From Anthoceros angustus (Eukaryota > Plantae > Anthocerotophyta): 64,000 bases of DNA. Within the stretch, counting starts at the first letter, position 1. Each line of letters begins with the position of its first letter. The notes beneath the pieces were generated by a model. It did not search any database. It was not told the origin of the DNA and saw nothing but the letters and a program-made list of their open reading frames with translations. The DNA is taken from positions 868,001 to 932,000 of the forward strand of contig MU008167.1 of the NCBI GenBank assembly GCA_010909165.1, written 5' to 3'. Below are positions 37,136-51,524 of the stretch, piece by piece. Position numbers and translations under genes: made by a program.

Positions 37136-40100
37136 CTCACACGGTCATTTCATAGACTACCTCGTAAGCCCCATTGTTTTTTTCTAGCGCAGCTTAATCC
37201 ACTAATGCCTCTCTTTCAGTCCTTCTTTCTCCTGCTTCCAAGCTTCAACATAAGAGCTAGCAGGCTTTATGAGGTTCCTCACTCACATGTTATATCCACC
37301 CTCTGACAAGTTCAATCGAGGGGCCTTGAAGTAGGAAGACAGAAAGAGGTCTGCGAATGCACCATTCACACTCGGGAAGACGTACCACACACTCTCACGA
37401 CTATCAGATAACGAGAGCATCCAAGCATGCCCCATTCCTAACAACTTGGTGGAAAGCATGAGATATACTATACTTGTTCTGGAAATTTCTGCACAACACT
37501 TTGCACCTGTTCCAACCTTGCAGCCACCTTCGGTCGTCATGTGAGAAAACAAGTGGGACACAAAGATACATACCTTGAATTTGCCTATAATATCCATGAA
37601 CTCCATACGCTCCACAAACTCCACATCTACCGGATGCAAAAATGCACGCCTCACATCCTTGTCCAACTCATAGGTCTGCTTGCTCCTAGTTGAGGAGTAA
37701 GAACTAATCTTCACACCAGGATACCGGTCCTTCAATAACTGGATGACCTCTTAAGGAGGGCACTACAAGGAGGGGCTACCATTTATAAATGGGTCTAAGT
37801 TTAGTTAGAGGAAACTACAACACTCTTACTACAGCTCAAAGCCCAGTTGTAAGTTTTTCGAACATTTACAACAAGGGTTCCTAACTAATATGATGTGGCA
37901 TGGATTTTACAACAGGGTTTTGTTGACATGGCATATTGACACGAATTGTACAACTGGGGTTTGTTGATATGGCATGTTGAAACGAATTTTACAATGGGGG
38001 TTTGTTGACAAGGCATGTTGACACGAATTTTACGATGGGGGTTTGTTGACATGGCTTGCTCGTTGTATATGACGTTGTTAATTGTGCATAAACTCCTTTT
38101 GATTTAGAAAACTAGGGGGGTTATTTGTTAATAAAACTACATTTTGTTGAATATATAATGACGTGGCCTGTTTTTTGTGAAGGATGTTGTAAATGATACT
38201 TGTAAAAGACATTGTAAACCATGTTTGTTGTAGATGTGGTTGTAAATTGTGCAAGACTTGATTTTATGGAATAATACCATTTATGGAAATATCTATGAAT
38301 AGATTTATTATTTGCTGATGTGGCAAGTTCGTTGCAAATGTTGTTGTAAATATGTTTATCTGGATTTATGTTAGTTATGGGATTATCTTTTTTTTTTTGT
38401 ATTTACTAATGTGTCACATGCATTGCAGCTATGGTTGTAAAACGCATGAAAACTATTTTATAGAAATATCTATAAAAAATTTATTATTTGCTGACATAGC
38501 AAGCTCATTGCAAATATCGTTGTAAAATGGTTTCTCAAATTTATGTTATATTATTGGATTATTCATTTTTATTGTATATTTACTGACGTGGCATATTCGT
38601 CGTAACTATGGTTGTAAAATGCACAAGCCAGCCAATATCCATGAATAAATATATTATTTGCTGATTTGGCTTGTTTGTCACAAATGCCATTGTAAAATTG
38701 TGGAAGAGACCTTTTCCTTATTTCTGTAATTTATGAAGTTATATATTAGTAAGATTGCTGATGTGACATGCTTATCATAATGTCGTAAATATGTGGCAGA
38801 CCTTTTCCTGATTTATGTCATTTTATGAGGTTATATATTAGTGAAATTGCGATGTGGCATGCTTGTCATAAATGCCGTTGTAAATTGTGGAAGAGACCTT
38901 TTCCTTATTTATGTAATTTATGAGGTTATTAGTGCCACGGCCTTCCTCTTTCTTCGAGGAAGGCCGTGTAGCATAATGTTCAACCCTTGTCACAAGGGTC
39001 AAAGTTTGCACAATTCACAAGCATCACCTCCTCTTCATCACACGTCTCCTCCGGGGGATCCACCTCCGGCATCCTTCTCTCGGCACCGCGCGGTGTTTGC
39101 ACAATTCACAAGCATCACCTCCTCTTCATCACACGTCTCCTCCGGGATCCACCTCCGGAAGGTCCTCGGCCGCGCCCCAGTTGTCGGTGCCATCACCTCC
39201 GAAGGTTCCGGCCACACTGCCAGTTGCCGCCATCATTGCTCAAAAATGCACTTGACAAGGTCGCTTAACATAATCGGATGACCTCTTAAGGAGGGCACTA
39301 CAAGGAGGGGCTACCATTTATAAATGGGTCTAAGTTTAGTTAGAGGAAACTACAACACTCTTACTCGTCAAAGCCCCATTGTAAGTTTTTGAACATTTAC
39401 AACAAGGGTTCCTAACTAATATGATGTGGCATGGATTTTACAATGGGGGTTTGTTGACATGGCATATTGACACGAATTGTACAACGGGGTTTGTTGATAT
39501 GGCATGTTGAAACGAATTTTACAATGGGGGTTTGTTGACATGGCATGTTGACGAATTTTGATGGGGGTTTGTTGACATGGCTTGCTCGTTGTACATGACG
39601 TTGTTAATTGTGCATAAACTCTTTTGATTTAGAAAACTAGGGGGTTATTTGTTAATAAAACTACATTTTGTTGAATTTATAATAATGAGCGGTGAAGGAT
39701 GTTGTAAAATGATACTTGTAAAAGACATTGTAAACCATGTTTGTTGTAGATGTGGTTGTAAATTGTGCAAGACTTGATTTTTGGAATAATACCATTTATT
39801 GGAATATCTATGAATAGATTTATTATTTGCTGATGTGGCAAGTTCGTTGCAAAATGTTGTTGTAAATATGTTTCTCTGGATTTATGTTAGTTATGGGATT
39901 ATCTTTTTTTTGTATTTACTAATGTCACATGCATTAGCTATGGTTGTAAAACGATGAAAACCATTTATAAATATCTATAAATAAATTTATTATTTGCTGA
40001 CATAGCAAGCTCATTGCAAATATCATTGTAAAATGGTTTCTCAATTTATGTTATATTATTGGATTATTCATTTATTGTATATATTCTTGGACGTGGCATA

Positions 40101-41139
40101 TTTAACTATGGTTGTAAAATGCACAAGCCAATATCCATGAATAAATATATTATTTGCTGATGTGGCATGTTTGTCAAAATGCCATTGTAAAATTTTGGAA
40201 GAGACCTTTTCCTTATTTATGTAATTTATGAGGTTATATATTAGTAAGATTCTTGATGTGACATGCTTATCATAATGTCGTAAATATGTGGCAGACCTTT
40301 TCCTGATTTATGTCATTTTATGAGGTTATATATTAGTGAAATTGCGATGTGGCATGCTTGTCATAAATGCCGTTATAAAATTGTGGAAGAGACCTTTTCC
40401 TTATTTATGTAATTTATGAAATTATGTGCCACCGGCCTTCCTCTTTCTTCGAGGAAGGCCGTGTAGCATAATGTTCAACCCTTGTCACAAGGGTCAAAGT
40501 TTGCACAATTCACAAGCATCACCTCCTCTTCATCACACGTCTCCTCCGGGATCCACCTCCGGCATCCTTCTCTCGGCACCGCGCGGTGTTTGCACAATTC
40601 ACAAGCATCACCTCCTAAGGTTCCTGGCCCCTGCAGCTGCCACGGTTTGGCCGCAGCCGCTCAAAAAATGCACTTGACGGCCGGGTCAGGCTTAACACAA
40701 TCGGAGTTCACAACCAGAGTTCACAATCAGCGGGTCGGACTAACACAATTAGCTCAAAGTGTGTGCAGCTCACTTTGGTGCGATCCGGGCCTGCACAGAA
40801 CGTGGATTAGCTATAAAAATACGACTGTCCGTGCCGGGGAAAACGAGGAACAAAGTGACAGGCCACCAAGGAGCCCCTTACTCAAACTCCATAGCTTCAA
40901 AGAAACCATATGTTGGGTCTTTCAATCAGTTCCAACAAAGGTAGAGTGGTGTGGGCGGTGTAACGGAACCTCGAAATGCATTCGGTGTGCGACGGAGGAT
41001 TGAACTCTGCAGCTAGCCCGGGCTTGTCAGACCGGTAACATCAACAATTGGCATGATGATGAGTGCCAACAAGACTTAAATTCTCTGGCAGCACCATTAA
41101 AGGAGGGGCGAATCAGAGGTTTTAAGACTCGGGCTCGAA

Positions 41140-41385
41140 GTGGATGGCCGAGGCCCAAGGACTCGAATGGCTGAGGCCCAAGGATGGCTTTGATAGATGG
41201 CCGAGGCCCAAGGACTCGAATGGCCGAGGCCCAAGGATGGCTTTGATAGATGGCCGAGGCCCAAGGACTCGAATGGCCGAGGCCCAAGGATAGCTTCGAT
41301 AGATGGTCAAGGCCCAAGGATGGCTTCGATAGATGGCCGAGGCCCAAGGATGGCTTCGATAGATGGTCGAGGCCCAAGGATGGCT
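41140..41385 (+). repeat. GATGGCCGAGGCCCAAGGA-based minisatellite inside CACTA 3
   Basis: Directly visible 21-30-bp units. Confidence 0.85.
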
Positions 41386-44164
41386 TCCTTTTATAAGTAC
41401 CAGTTCTAGAAGTAGGAACGCAGGTAGCATGCAGTAGCCATAGCAGCAATGCACCTTCAGTTCTCCATAGAAGCATTGCTCCATCAGCCCTTATTCTATT
41501 CATTCCCACTAGGTCTTTTACACATTAAAGGGGCACGATTCCCAAGCAATAGCCTTGAAAGCACCTAAGGGACAATATAGCTATGCTCCATACAATCCCT
41601 CTATCTGCCATCAAAATATCTCCGAGGAGCACTACGGTGCATGTGCTCAAGCTCATTGTCATATCATGCCATTTTCATGCCAATGGTTTCCCTCAAAGGG
41701 AAAGAAGCATTAAAGCTTTATTTGTAGGCTTGCGTGGGTCACCATCAAAACCTCATCACTCATATCACGACATCCAAGGAGGATTCGCGGCCATAACTCC
41801 GTATCTCAAGCGCATGACACTGGATCCTAAGCACCCTGTGGCCAACCTTTCTTCGAGAAATAGAAGAGCTGAGCCGCACGGTAGAGGAGAGGGGTCTCTT
41901 AGGTTCCTTTTGTGCAGTTCCATATGTGTACCAGTTTTGCCTACTAGAGATTTTAGAACGTAAAAGTGAACTCAATGTTGTAAATAGTAATAGTTTCTAA
42001 TTTTACAACGGAGTGTGTTATAAATGGCAATAGTTTCCGACTTAACAACGGAGCGTGTTGCAAATAGTAGTTTCAGAGTCGTCTCACACAAACTCACACT
42101 GTGCAGGTGGGTGGCAGTGCACAAGGCGGTGAGGGTGCAATGCATGCAAGATCTTGTCCAAGGTGGGAACATGCTTGCACACAAATACTGATATAAAGGC
42201 GGGTTCATGTTTGTATAAGTAGATCTTTACATACTGAGGCGTATGTGTTGAGCCTGTATGTCGATTGCCCTCGGGGTGTGTGAGAACCGGCTTGCCATCG
42301 GGGTGTGTGGCGTGGGGAGCTTGTGCGGCTAGTGTACTTGAGGGCCATGCGGCTTGCCATCGGGTATGTGAGGTGGGGAGCTTGTGTAGCTAGTGTAATT
42401 GAGGCCATGCGGCGCCATCGGGGTGTGTGAGGTGGGGAGCTTGTGTAGCTAGTGTAATTGAGGGCCATGGGGCCGCCGTGTGTGAGCCGGGCTTGCCATC
42501 GGGATGTGTGACGAGTGGGAGCTTGTGTGTAGTGTAATTGAGGCCATGCGCGCCATCGGGTGTGTGATGAGAGCTGTGTATTATAATTGAGAGTCTATGT
42601 GTTTGAGAGAAGCGGAAGCCAACCATGCCTCTGCACATTTTAGAAGCGCGGGAAGGCCATGAAAAGTGCGGGAAGGCTTTGTAAAGCGCGGGAAGAAGAA
42701 GCACGAGCGGGAATTTGGACGTCCATCTATACACAAGGCCCGCTACACCTTGTTTGCTTAAGATTGTCTGACTTGGCTTTGCAGGGTAGCTTCAAAGGGT
42801 GAGATTGCCTGACTTTGCTTAGCAGGGTAGCAGTCACATGTTGAGTCAGCGCCCCTTCCCTCTCTCACGCGCCGAGATCTTGGTCGCGGGCAGAGCCTGC
42901 GTTATTGTGCACACAAGCTCTAACAACGGCACATGGTGTTTAGTTAGTGACTACACACAAGCTCGTGTTTAGTTAGAGCAATTCGACCTACAACACAATT
43001 AGGGCTTACGAAATTGAATTCCTTGGATCAAGAAGGTTTGTGTGCATCCCCAATCTCTTATGCTTGGTGCTTTTTAGGGCACGCACTTTCATGGGCAAAG
43101 GTTGCTAAGCGCCTTTCTACTAACCCCAACCACCTTGCAATGTAGATGGTGCACTACACGTGCAAGTCACGGTTGGGTTTGCATGTCATGCGAGCGATAA
43201 GGAAACAAGACTTTGGCCACTGGCATTAGTGGTGGGGGCGGCGGTGGATCCGTGGTGGAAGGATCGCCTCTAGCTCGGTGGTTGGGTTTAGTAGGCGAGC
43301 AAGCCAGGAGCTGCTCAAGCATCGGACAAGCCTACCACCTCGAAATGTGAGTTGTGCATCAAGCGGCTTTGCCGGCAGCCCGCTCACAGTTTGAATCACG
43401 CCCTTCAACTAGTTCTGCGAGCTCTAGGGTCGGTGATGATAATGAGCTCTAAGCGATGGCTTTTCTTTTCTCACTTGTGTGTGGTAGGAAAGCGAGCGAT
43501 CACCGCCCGTCGGTGGAGAACAAGCGACCTCCTCCGATGCGTGGAGGAGGAGCAGCCTCCTCGATGCGTGGAGGAGGAGCAGCCTCCTCGATGCGTGGAG
43601 GAGGAGCAGCCTCCCGATGCCGTGGAGGAGGAGGCGCCTCCTCCCATGGAGGAGGCCTCCGATGCGTGGAGGAGGAGGCAGCCTCCTAATGCCGTGGAGG
43701 CGACCGCCTCTCAAGTCACCACCACCTCCTCTTAGGTCTTCGCGGATGAGAGAACAAGGGCCACCGTGGCTTATGTGCACAGGACCTTTTGAGAAAGATG
43801 ATAGCTGCGAAGAAGGCGTAAACCGCTTCCTCCCTTGTCCGTGACACGCGGCTCAAAACTTACCGGACCTTCAATCCGGACTCCCACTCCATGCCACCTC
43901 CACCACTCCTACTCCTAACCCTTCCGTCAATGTTGGTTCTCGGCGGTTTGAAGAAGTGCAGCCGATGATGGAGCAGCCAAGAAGTGGAAAATCCAGTGGA
44001 GGAGGGAGATGGCGGAGATCCGCCGCAATTGCCAAGGAGAAATCGAATTAAAGGGAGGCGCCCAAATGCACGCACGTCATTCCACAGTCGGACATTCATC
44101 CAGAATCGGTGTTCTTGGTTTTAGTTGAAAATGACTCCTTGCTTTTACTTTCATAAGCTTGTCT

Positions 44165-44790
44165 AGGCATGTGTGTGGCCTTGACTGCCCATGTTTCTCT
44201 TTTGGTCTCTCAAGCTGAGCATCAAGTGTGGCCTTGATGATGTTTCTCTTTTGGTCTCAAGCCTAAAGCCACAAGTGTGTGGCCTTGATGCCGTATTTTC
44301 TATTGGTCTGCTGCCTAAACATGCGGTGTGTGGCCTTGATGCCGTGTTCTTTTGGTCTCTCAAGCCTAAGCAGGCGGTGTGTGGCCTTGTTGCCCGTGTT
44401 TCTTTTGGTCTCTCAAGCGAGGTGTGTGGCCTTGTTGCCCGTGTTCTTTTGGTCTCTCAAGTCTAAATGGCGGTGTGTGGCCTTGGCGCCCATGTTTCTC
44501 TTTTGGTCTCGCAAGCCTAAAGCTGGTGTGTGGCCTTGGCCCATGTTTCTCCTTTGGTCTCTCAAGCCTAAGCAGGCGGTGTGTGGCCTTGTTGCCCGTG
44601 TTCATTTTGGTCTCTCAAGTCTAAATGGCGGTGTGTGTGTGCCCATGTTTCTCTTTTGGTCTCGCAAGCCTAAAGCTGGCGGTGTGTGGCCTTGACGCCC
44701 ATGTTTCTCCTTTGGTCTCTCAAGCCTAAGCAGGTGTGTGTTTCTCGTTTGTCATCCAAGCTAAACATGCGGTGTGTGGCACCTTGGCTA
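44165..44790 (+). repeat. ~45-bp minisatellite (GTGTGGCCTTG...TTTTGGTCTCTCAAGCCTAA) inside CACTA 3
   Basis: About a dozen degenerate units visible. Confidence 0.85.
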
Positions 44791-44917
44791 ACACAAGGAT
44801 GTACATGCCACATGCTGTCAGGCATGTTGTGCCCGCCAGGCCACATGCACACAGCATGTACAAGCATATTCGATGTTTTCCTTCTCATGTGTCGTTGGAT
44901 TAAAGAAGATTCATACT

Positions 44918-45515
44918 TATGAAGTGCTCCAATTTCGGTTGAGGTGGGTAATGCGGCACTTCATGGATCCATTGATTGGCAACTTCTGGGGAGAGAAACT
45001 AGAGACACAAGCAATTGTGGAGGCAGCCATTCGAAGAGATGTTGGTGGGATTTGGAGCATGGCTCATGTGTGTGACCAAATGTTCAACACCATGTTGCGC
45101 AATTGGAAGAACAATCTTGCAAGATCAAGACAATTTCTTGAGGGTAATCATCCACCTAAGTATAAGCCTCGTGATATCTCGGTGACCGTGGGATCGCATT
45201 GTGGAGAATGAAAAGCCAAGGGGATGGAGATGTCTCGCACAAAAGCATAGCAATGTTGAGGAAGTTGAACTCGGATGCCCACCGTATGCCCACTTTGGTA
45301 ATGGTGGGTTTGTGAAGTTTACAAATCGGTTTTACCAACTCTTTGGTAGGCGTCCTCTGAGCAAGAGGCAGTGGCAAGAAGGCGGAAATTGGATAATAAA
45401 ACTTGAAACATATTGGACGGTGCCAATCTTCCTCATCCGGAGGCGTTTGGCTCCAACCCAGAATAGGTGCCAAACAATTGTGGCGGGACCTCAAGGATGC
45501 TGGTTACAAAGATGA
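44918..45515 (+). pseudogene. CACTA accessory (TnpA-like) protein remnant
   Basis: VMRHFMDPLIGNFW...LRNWKNNL..SRQFLEG..P...PYAHFGNGGFVKFTNRFYQLF is homologous to the ORFs in CACTA 1 and 2. Confidence 0.55.
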
Positions 45516-46189
45516 TGATTTGGATGGTAAGATTTTGATTTGATGTCTTTGCAAGTTTTGATTGTCCTATTTTAACTCTGTTTTTGGATTTGCCATAGGA
45601 GCCGAATATCGCATTGGAGCGCAAGCAAATGGATGTAATGACTGGTTTTTGGACAATTTGGTGCCTAGATTGAAGCCCGGGTTAAGTGAGGATCTTTCTC
45701 CTCTGTAGTTCTTATAGAAGATCTTTCAAGTCATTTGTTGTAACACACGGCTTCTTGGTAACATATTCGATTCTTGCGAGAATCGGGTGCCTCCCTCGGG
45801 TGGGAAGCCTTAACCTCCCAAGTGTGGTCGACCGGTGTGGAGCAAGCCACGATGAAGTACTTGTTGAAGTTGAACCACTCCATCTCGTGGAAGAGGTGGA
45901 AGAATTTGAAGAGGTTGAGGTATCCCTCTCTAAATGCAGGAAAAGTTTTTCAATCTCATGGCCTCTCATCGACGGGCGGGGCTTGAAGCTCAACGCCTTG
46001 TGAAGCTAGGTCGACTACGCCAAAGAGCTCAAGTCATCAAGGGTGAAGAGCATGAAGAGGAAGGAAATGAGGCTTCAACAGTCAATTTGAAGAGATCAAG
46101 GAGGCGAGGAATTCTAGTTTGGTGCTTTCTTTTAGTTGCTCCTTAGAAACTCTTAGAAATTGATCACGTCTTGGCTTTTGTGGGAATGT

Positions 46190-46700
46190 GTGTGTGAGCT
46201 AGAATGTGAGCCTTGAGTGTGTGTGAGCACAGCAGTGTGAGTGTGTGTGTGTGTGTGTGAGTGTGAGCCTATGAGCTGTGAGCGGGCGAGCTTGTGAGCA
46301 CAGGAGCTTGTGAGGCGAGGCGAGCTTGTGAGAGCTTGTGAGCACAGGAGCTTGTGAGGAGCTGTGTGTGAGGCGTTGTGAGCTGTGAGCGGGCGAGCTT
46401 GTGAGAGCTTGAGGCGAGAGCTTGTGAGCTTGTGAGGCGAGCTTGTGTGAGCTGTGAGCGAGCCTATGAGCTGTGAGCGAGAGCCAGAGCTGTGAGCGAG
46501 AGCTGTGAGGCGAGCTTGTGAGCTGTGTGAGGCGAAACATGAGCTGTGAGGCGAGCTTGTGAGCTTGTGAGCTTGTGAGCTTGTGTGAGCGAGCCTATGA
46601 GCGTGAGCTGTGGCGCTGATTATGTGAGAGCCGTGTGGGTTTGTGCGAGTTGTGTGGGCCGTTGTGAGTTTGTGTGAGTTGAATGTGTGGATTTGTGTGA
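46190..46700 (+). repeat. TGTGAGC/GCTTGTGAG low-complexity array with (GT)n; (TA)n microsatellite follows at ~46875-46902
   Basis: Directly visible. Confidence 0.85.
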
Positions 46701-47702
46701 GGATGTGTTCATTTTGGGGTTTAGAATCGCTTGCATTTGGTAGTAGCATTCCATTTCTCGTGTGTCCCACTAATGCACAACAAGGTCTGACATACAAAAT
46801 TTACAACAAAGGCGTTGTAAAACACTTGTTGTAAATATGCCCCATTTAAAGAAGCTGAAAATAGATATTTGTGTTATATATATATATATATATATATATA
46901 TAACTTAAAAGGCGTTGTAATTTAAATGTTGTAATTGCTTTTTCAATTGGGATGTTGTAGATGGTTTTGTAAAGCAGTTGTAAAGCGCGTTGTACCCACA
47001 GGGCGTCTCAAACTTAGATGTTGTAATTGCTTTTGCAATTGGGATGTAGATGGTTTTGTAAAGCAGTCGTTGTAAAGTGCGTTGTACCCACACCGAGACG
47101 TCTCAAACTTAGATGTTGTAATTCCTTTTGCAATTGGGATATTGTAGATGGTTTTATAAAACAGGTCGTTGTAAAGTACGTTGTACTCACACCGAGACGT
47201 CTCAAACTTAGATGTTGTAATTCCTTTGCAATTGAGATATTGTAAATGGTTTTGTAAAATAGGTCGTAAATAGGTGACATGGCAAGGGGGCACCACGCCA
47301 TCACATGGTGATGTGGTGATGCGGGCCATGTCATCAAATCATGCCACGTCATGACCTGATGATGTGGCAATGAAGGGCCACGTGGCAACAACATGCCATG
47401 TCATCACTTGGTGAGGTGGCGGTGATGGGGCACCATATCACCACTTTAATGACATGGCGCTGGAACTGGCCATGTCAGCAATTTTACAACGTCATGAAGC
47501 TCTAGGTTTACAACGGCGTTGTTGCGCCGTTTTACAACGCCGCGTTGTAACACCCGTTGTAAAACCCCTTGTAAAAACCCTCATATTCTCATAGTGGGGT
47601 GAGGAGGAACGCCCGCTCCGCCGCGGGCTAACTCACCTGCTGATCGTAGGGAGAGAGGAGGAGGAGCAGAGCACCAACAACAGGCCCGTAGTTATGTGGG
47701 GT

Positions 47703-48473
47703 TTATGAGAATCTCTTCTTCTTCCCGGTGTCTTGCTCCGAGACATGCAGATGAAGGGGGATAATCCCTAGAGTGAGGCTCCTAATGCAACTTCCTCGCC
47801 TCTTGCTCCATCCGGCGAAAATAGTTGATTTCCTGCTTCCTCTCATAAGCGCATGCAGGAACACCAGGAGGTTGTCCCCTAAGTGATCTACTTTGGTGAG
47901 CATGTTCCAGTAGACAATGATTTTGGCCATAGCTCTCACTCGTCGGTCCTTTAGATCCAACATCAACCACCCATTTGAGGACCTTTGGGCATCTGTCCTC
48001 AGGAGCACCAACTTTGTGGCCTCCAGCTTCTCCTTGCCCTTGAGGGGCTCTGGCACTACCCCGCCTACCTCCTCTACTGGGCGGTTGGATACTGCCCTGA
48101 GCGCCTCCACCGTCCAGCGTTGGGGGTCCTCCCGCAAGCTTTTAGAGCGCACGGTCTTGTTCGCAGCCGCTAGTAGCTTCCGGGCGTACTCCCGGATCCG
48201 GACCAGCGTCACGCTGTTGTAGGTCCATAGCGCTTGGAAAACATCCAGGTGCCACTCCTGCACGAGCTCGCCCGCCTCTTCCAGCCACGCCCGAAGTCTG
48301 GGTAGCACTTGGCGGTGATGTTTTTCTCCACCAATATCCAGGGCATGAGCGCTTCTCTTGATGTCTTCTTTGGCACCATCTTGCTGTGCTCTGCGACTTG
48401 CGGGGTGAAGGGTCTCCATGCTGTCACACGTCCTCCTTGTTGTGGCTCGGGTGGGTTCCAGAAGGGGCGGCAC
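47703..48473 (-). other. Uncharacterised ORF (probably TE-derived) flanking the right end of CACTA 3; degraded duplicate at ~48980-49740
   Basis: 256-aa ORF with no motif I recognise; 37283-37735 on the other side of CACTA 3 is on the same strand and may belong to the same interrupted unit. Confidence 0.3.
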
Positions 48474-50299
48474 TGCTTGGTACGTTGACGCTCTCTAAAG
48501 GTGATGCTTGAAAGTCGAAAGAGCAAGCGCCAAAGAGCAAGGTGCCGGAGTGCAAGGGAGCGAGAAAACTGCCAAGATACAAAAACTGGGAGTCCCTTCC
48601 TCCTCCTAGCTGTGGCGCGGCAAGCGTAAGCGTTGTGCGGGAGCGCGTTCTTTGGCGGCGTTCTTTAAGCGATCGCCACCCAATGCATCTCGTACCGCAC
48701 CTTCACGCCCGCCTATACGGTACCTATTCCCGGGTCATGACTATCACTCTAAACTACCTATAACGGCTCCTGGCGAATGCAGCGACGCCCATGTCGCAAT
48801 TTTACAACGTCATGAAGCTCTAGGTTTACGGCGTTGTGCGGCTTACAACGCCGTAACACCCGTTGTAAAACCCTTGTAAAACCCTCATATTCTCAGTGGG
48901 GTGAGGCCGCTCCGCCTGGCTAACCCCCGATCGTAGGAGAGAGGAGGAGGAGCAGAGCACCAACAACAGGCCCGTAGTTATGTGGGGTTTATGAGAATCT
49001 CTTCTTCTTCCCGGTGTCTTGCTCCGAGACATGCAGGATGAAGGGGGATAATCCTAACGGAGGAGGTCGCTCCTAATGCAACTTCCTCGCCTCTTGCTCC
49101 ATCCGGGCGAAAATGATTCAGCCCCAGTCCGCCTGCTTCCCTCTCATAAGCGCATGCAGGAACACCAGGAGGTTGTCCCCTAAGTGATCTACTTTGGTGA
49201 GCATGTTCCAGTAGACAATGATTTTGGCCATAGCTCTCACTCGTCGGTCCTTTAGATCCAACATCAACCACCCATTTGAGGACCTTTGGGCATCCTGTCA
49301 GAGCACCAACTTTGTGGCCTCCAGCTTCTCCTTGCCCTTGAGGGGCTCGCACTACCGCCTACCTCCTCCTCTGGCGGTTGGATACTGCCGCGCCTCCACC
49401 GTCCGGCGTTGGGTCCTCCCGCAAGCTTTTAGAGCGCACGGTCTTGTTCGCAGCTAGTAGCTTAGGGCGTACTCCGGATCCGACCCGGCGTCCTTGTTGT
49501 AGGTCCATAGCGCTTGGAAAACATCCAGTGCCACTCCCGCGAAACTCGCCCGCCTCTTCCACGCCAAGGTAGCACTTGGCGGTGATGTTTTTCCACCAAT
49601 ATCCAGGCATGAGCGCTTCTCTTGATGTCTTCTTTGGCACCATCTTCGGCTCTGCGACTTGCGGGTGAAGGGTCTCCATGCTGTCACACGTCCTCCTTGT
49701 TGTGGCTCGGGTGGGTTCGAAAGTGCATCCTTTGCTTACGTTGGCGCTCTCTAAAGGTGATGCTTGAAAGTCGAAGAGCAAGCGCCAAAGAGCAAGGTGC
49801 CGGAGTGCAAGGGAGGCGCCAAGATACAAAAACTGGGAGTCCCTTCCTCCTCCTAGCTGTGGCGCGGCAAGCGTAAGCGTTGTGCGGGAGCGCGTTCTTT
49901 GGCGGCCAGGAACTGCCACCCAGCTGCATCTCGTACGCACCTTCACGCCCGCCGCCTTCTGGTACCTATTCCCGGGTCATGACTATCACTCTAAACTGCC
50001 TATAACGGCTCCTGGCAGGTCTGTGGCCCAGGCTGCTTACATGTCAGACTGGCCCCATGCCACCGTCCAAGTGTCAACCTTCCATAATTACGACCCACTC
50101 CTTCAAACTTGCCTTTCTCGTCTCCACAGGACCTCCGCCGGTCCTCCTCCGGTCTCCTCTTACGGTGGAGTTGTTATCACTTCAACGTAGCTGACCAATT
50201 AGGCCTTATTATCCACGCTTATCCGGTATTTTAACACACAAATCCTCATAAAAAAAACAGAAACCCCTACGAACTGACTGGAAGGGAGGTCAAAGCATT

Positions 50300-51524
50300 C
50301 GTCCCTTGTCCACACTCACCGACTGTCAGCCAAGGGGTGAAAGAAGTTCGCGGAAGAAATTCACATTCGACTCAACCAGGAGGCTGAGCTCCGGGCACTC
50401 ACGGGGGACGACCGAGGCATTGCGGCTGGGAAACTACAACGGATTGTCAGGGAACTCGTTTGCGCTCATGCAACCAAACCACAGTACAAGACGGTCAAAT
50501 GGACAAACCTACCACCCTGGTTCAACAGGATGTGCATATTGAATAGGCGAGCCATTCAGTCCTTGATGAATAATGCCCCCGACAATCAGGAGCTGTTATT
50601 CGGGCAAGGAGGGACTATCGGCAGGCATGTCGGGTGTGGAAGCGGGCATTCACCCTAAGGCAAAACTACTATATGGCACGCAATCTGGCCAACAACCCTC
50701 CCCTATTATGGCAAATCCTACAAGACCGTAGGACTTTGAACCCCATTCGAGATCCGCATATCTGGTATATGTTTGGACAGGCCCTATACAAATCCCTGGA
50801 CCCAGTGCACCAACAGCACCTCCCACTTTTTGCATTTGATGGAGCCCCCACATTCACAGAAGAGTTAGTTGGATAGGCCACCCTGGGACTCAAAAACAAG
50901 AAAGCCGACCAAGAGGGACTAACAATTGAAATCTTCAAGGCGGCCAGCAATTCAGTTCTACCTGCCACCTTGGCCGACCTCTTCAACAGCATCCTCGCTG
51001 ACAGATCCCTTCTAGAAGCTTGGGGACACAACCTCTCCTCTACCATTCACAAGTCAAGAGACAAATTTGATACAAACAAGTATCAAACAATCATGGTAAA
51101 TGCCTTATACCACAAAATCTACAGCAAGGCTTGCGAGATCTTATTGCTCCAGCAGGATATTTTGACAACACCAGCCAGGCGGGATTCAGGAAAGGCTATG
51201 GATGCAATGATCACCTTCTCACCCTGACAACACTTATCCAGTTCCACATGCGAACTCGCAAGCGATTACACCTTTGTTTCAAGGACTTCTCAAAAGCCTT
51301 CAACAAAGTTCCGCGGGCACAATTATGGAAAGACCTAGCTGCTGCAGGGGTCACCACCACCCTCATAAGAGCCATACAGATAGCCTACCAGCATTGCTCA
51401 ATCCAGATACAGGCCGAAGGTGGAAAAACCCTACCATTCTCAAGCAATGTTGGGGTTCGGTAGGGCTGTCCACTCAGGCTGCACCTGTTATGCATATACA
51501 TGCATTGAAGACCTTGCAGGACAC
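50300..51524 (+). mobile_element. LINE reverse transcriptase remnant (RTE/RTEX-like), 5' part
   Basis: LADLFNSIL; TIHKSRDKFDTNKYQTIMV; QAGFRKGYGCNDHLLTL; CFKDFSKAFNKVPRAQLW; VGVR*GCPL. Start coordinate approximate. Confidence 0.85.

Larger units (their letters stand above)
37761..47596. mobile_element. CACTA element 3 (non-autonomous, imperfect TIRs)
   Basis: Starts CACTACAAG at 37761 and ends CTCATAGTG at 47596; TSD GGG (37758-37760 / 47597-47599); TTGTAAA/TTTACAAC subterminal arrays at both ends; left end duplicated at 39296 and right end at ~48898. Confidence 0.8.

Noticed and set aside
39296-40700. Second CACTACAAG start as an independent CACTA insertion
   Set aside because: It carries the same 20-bp upstream flank as 37761, so it is a duplication of the left end, not a new insertion.
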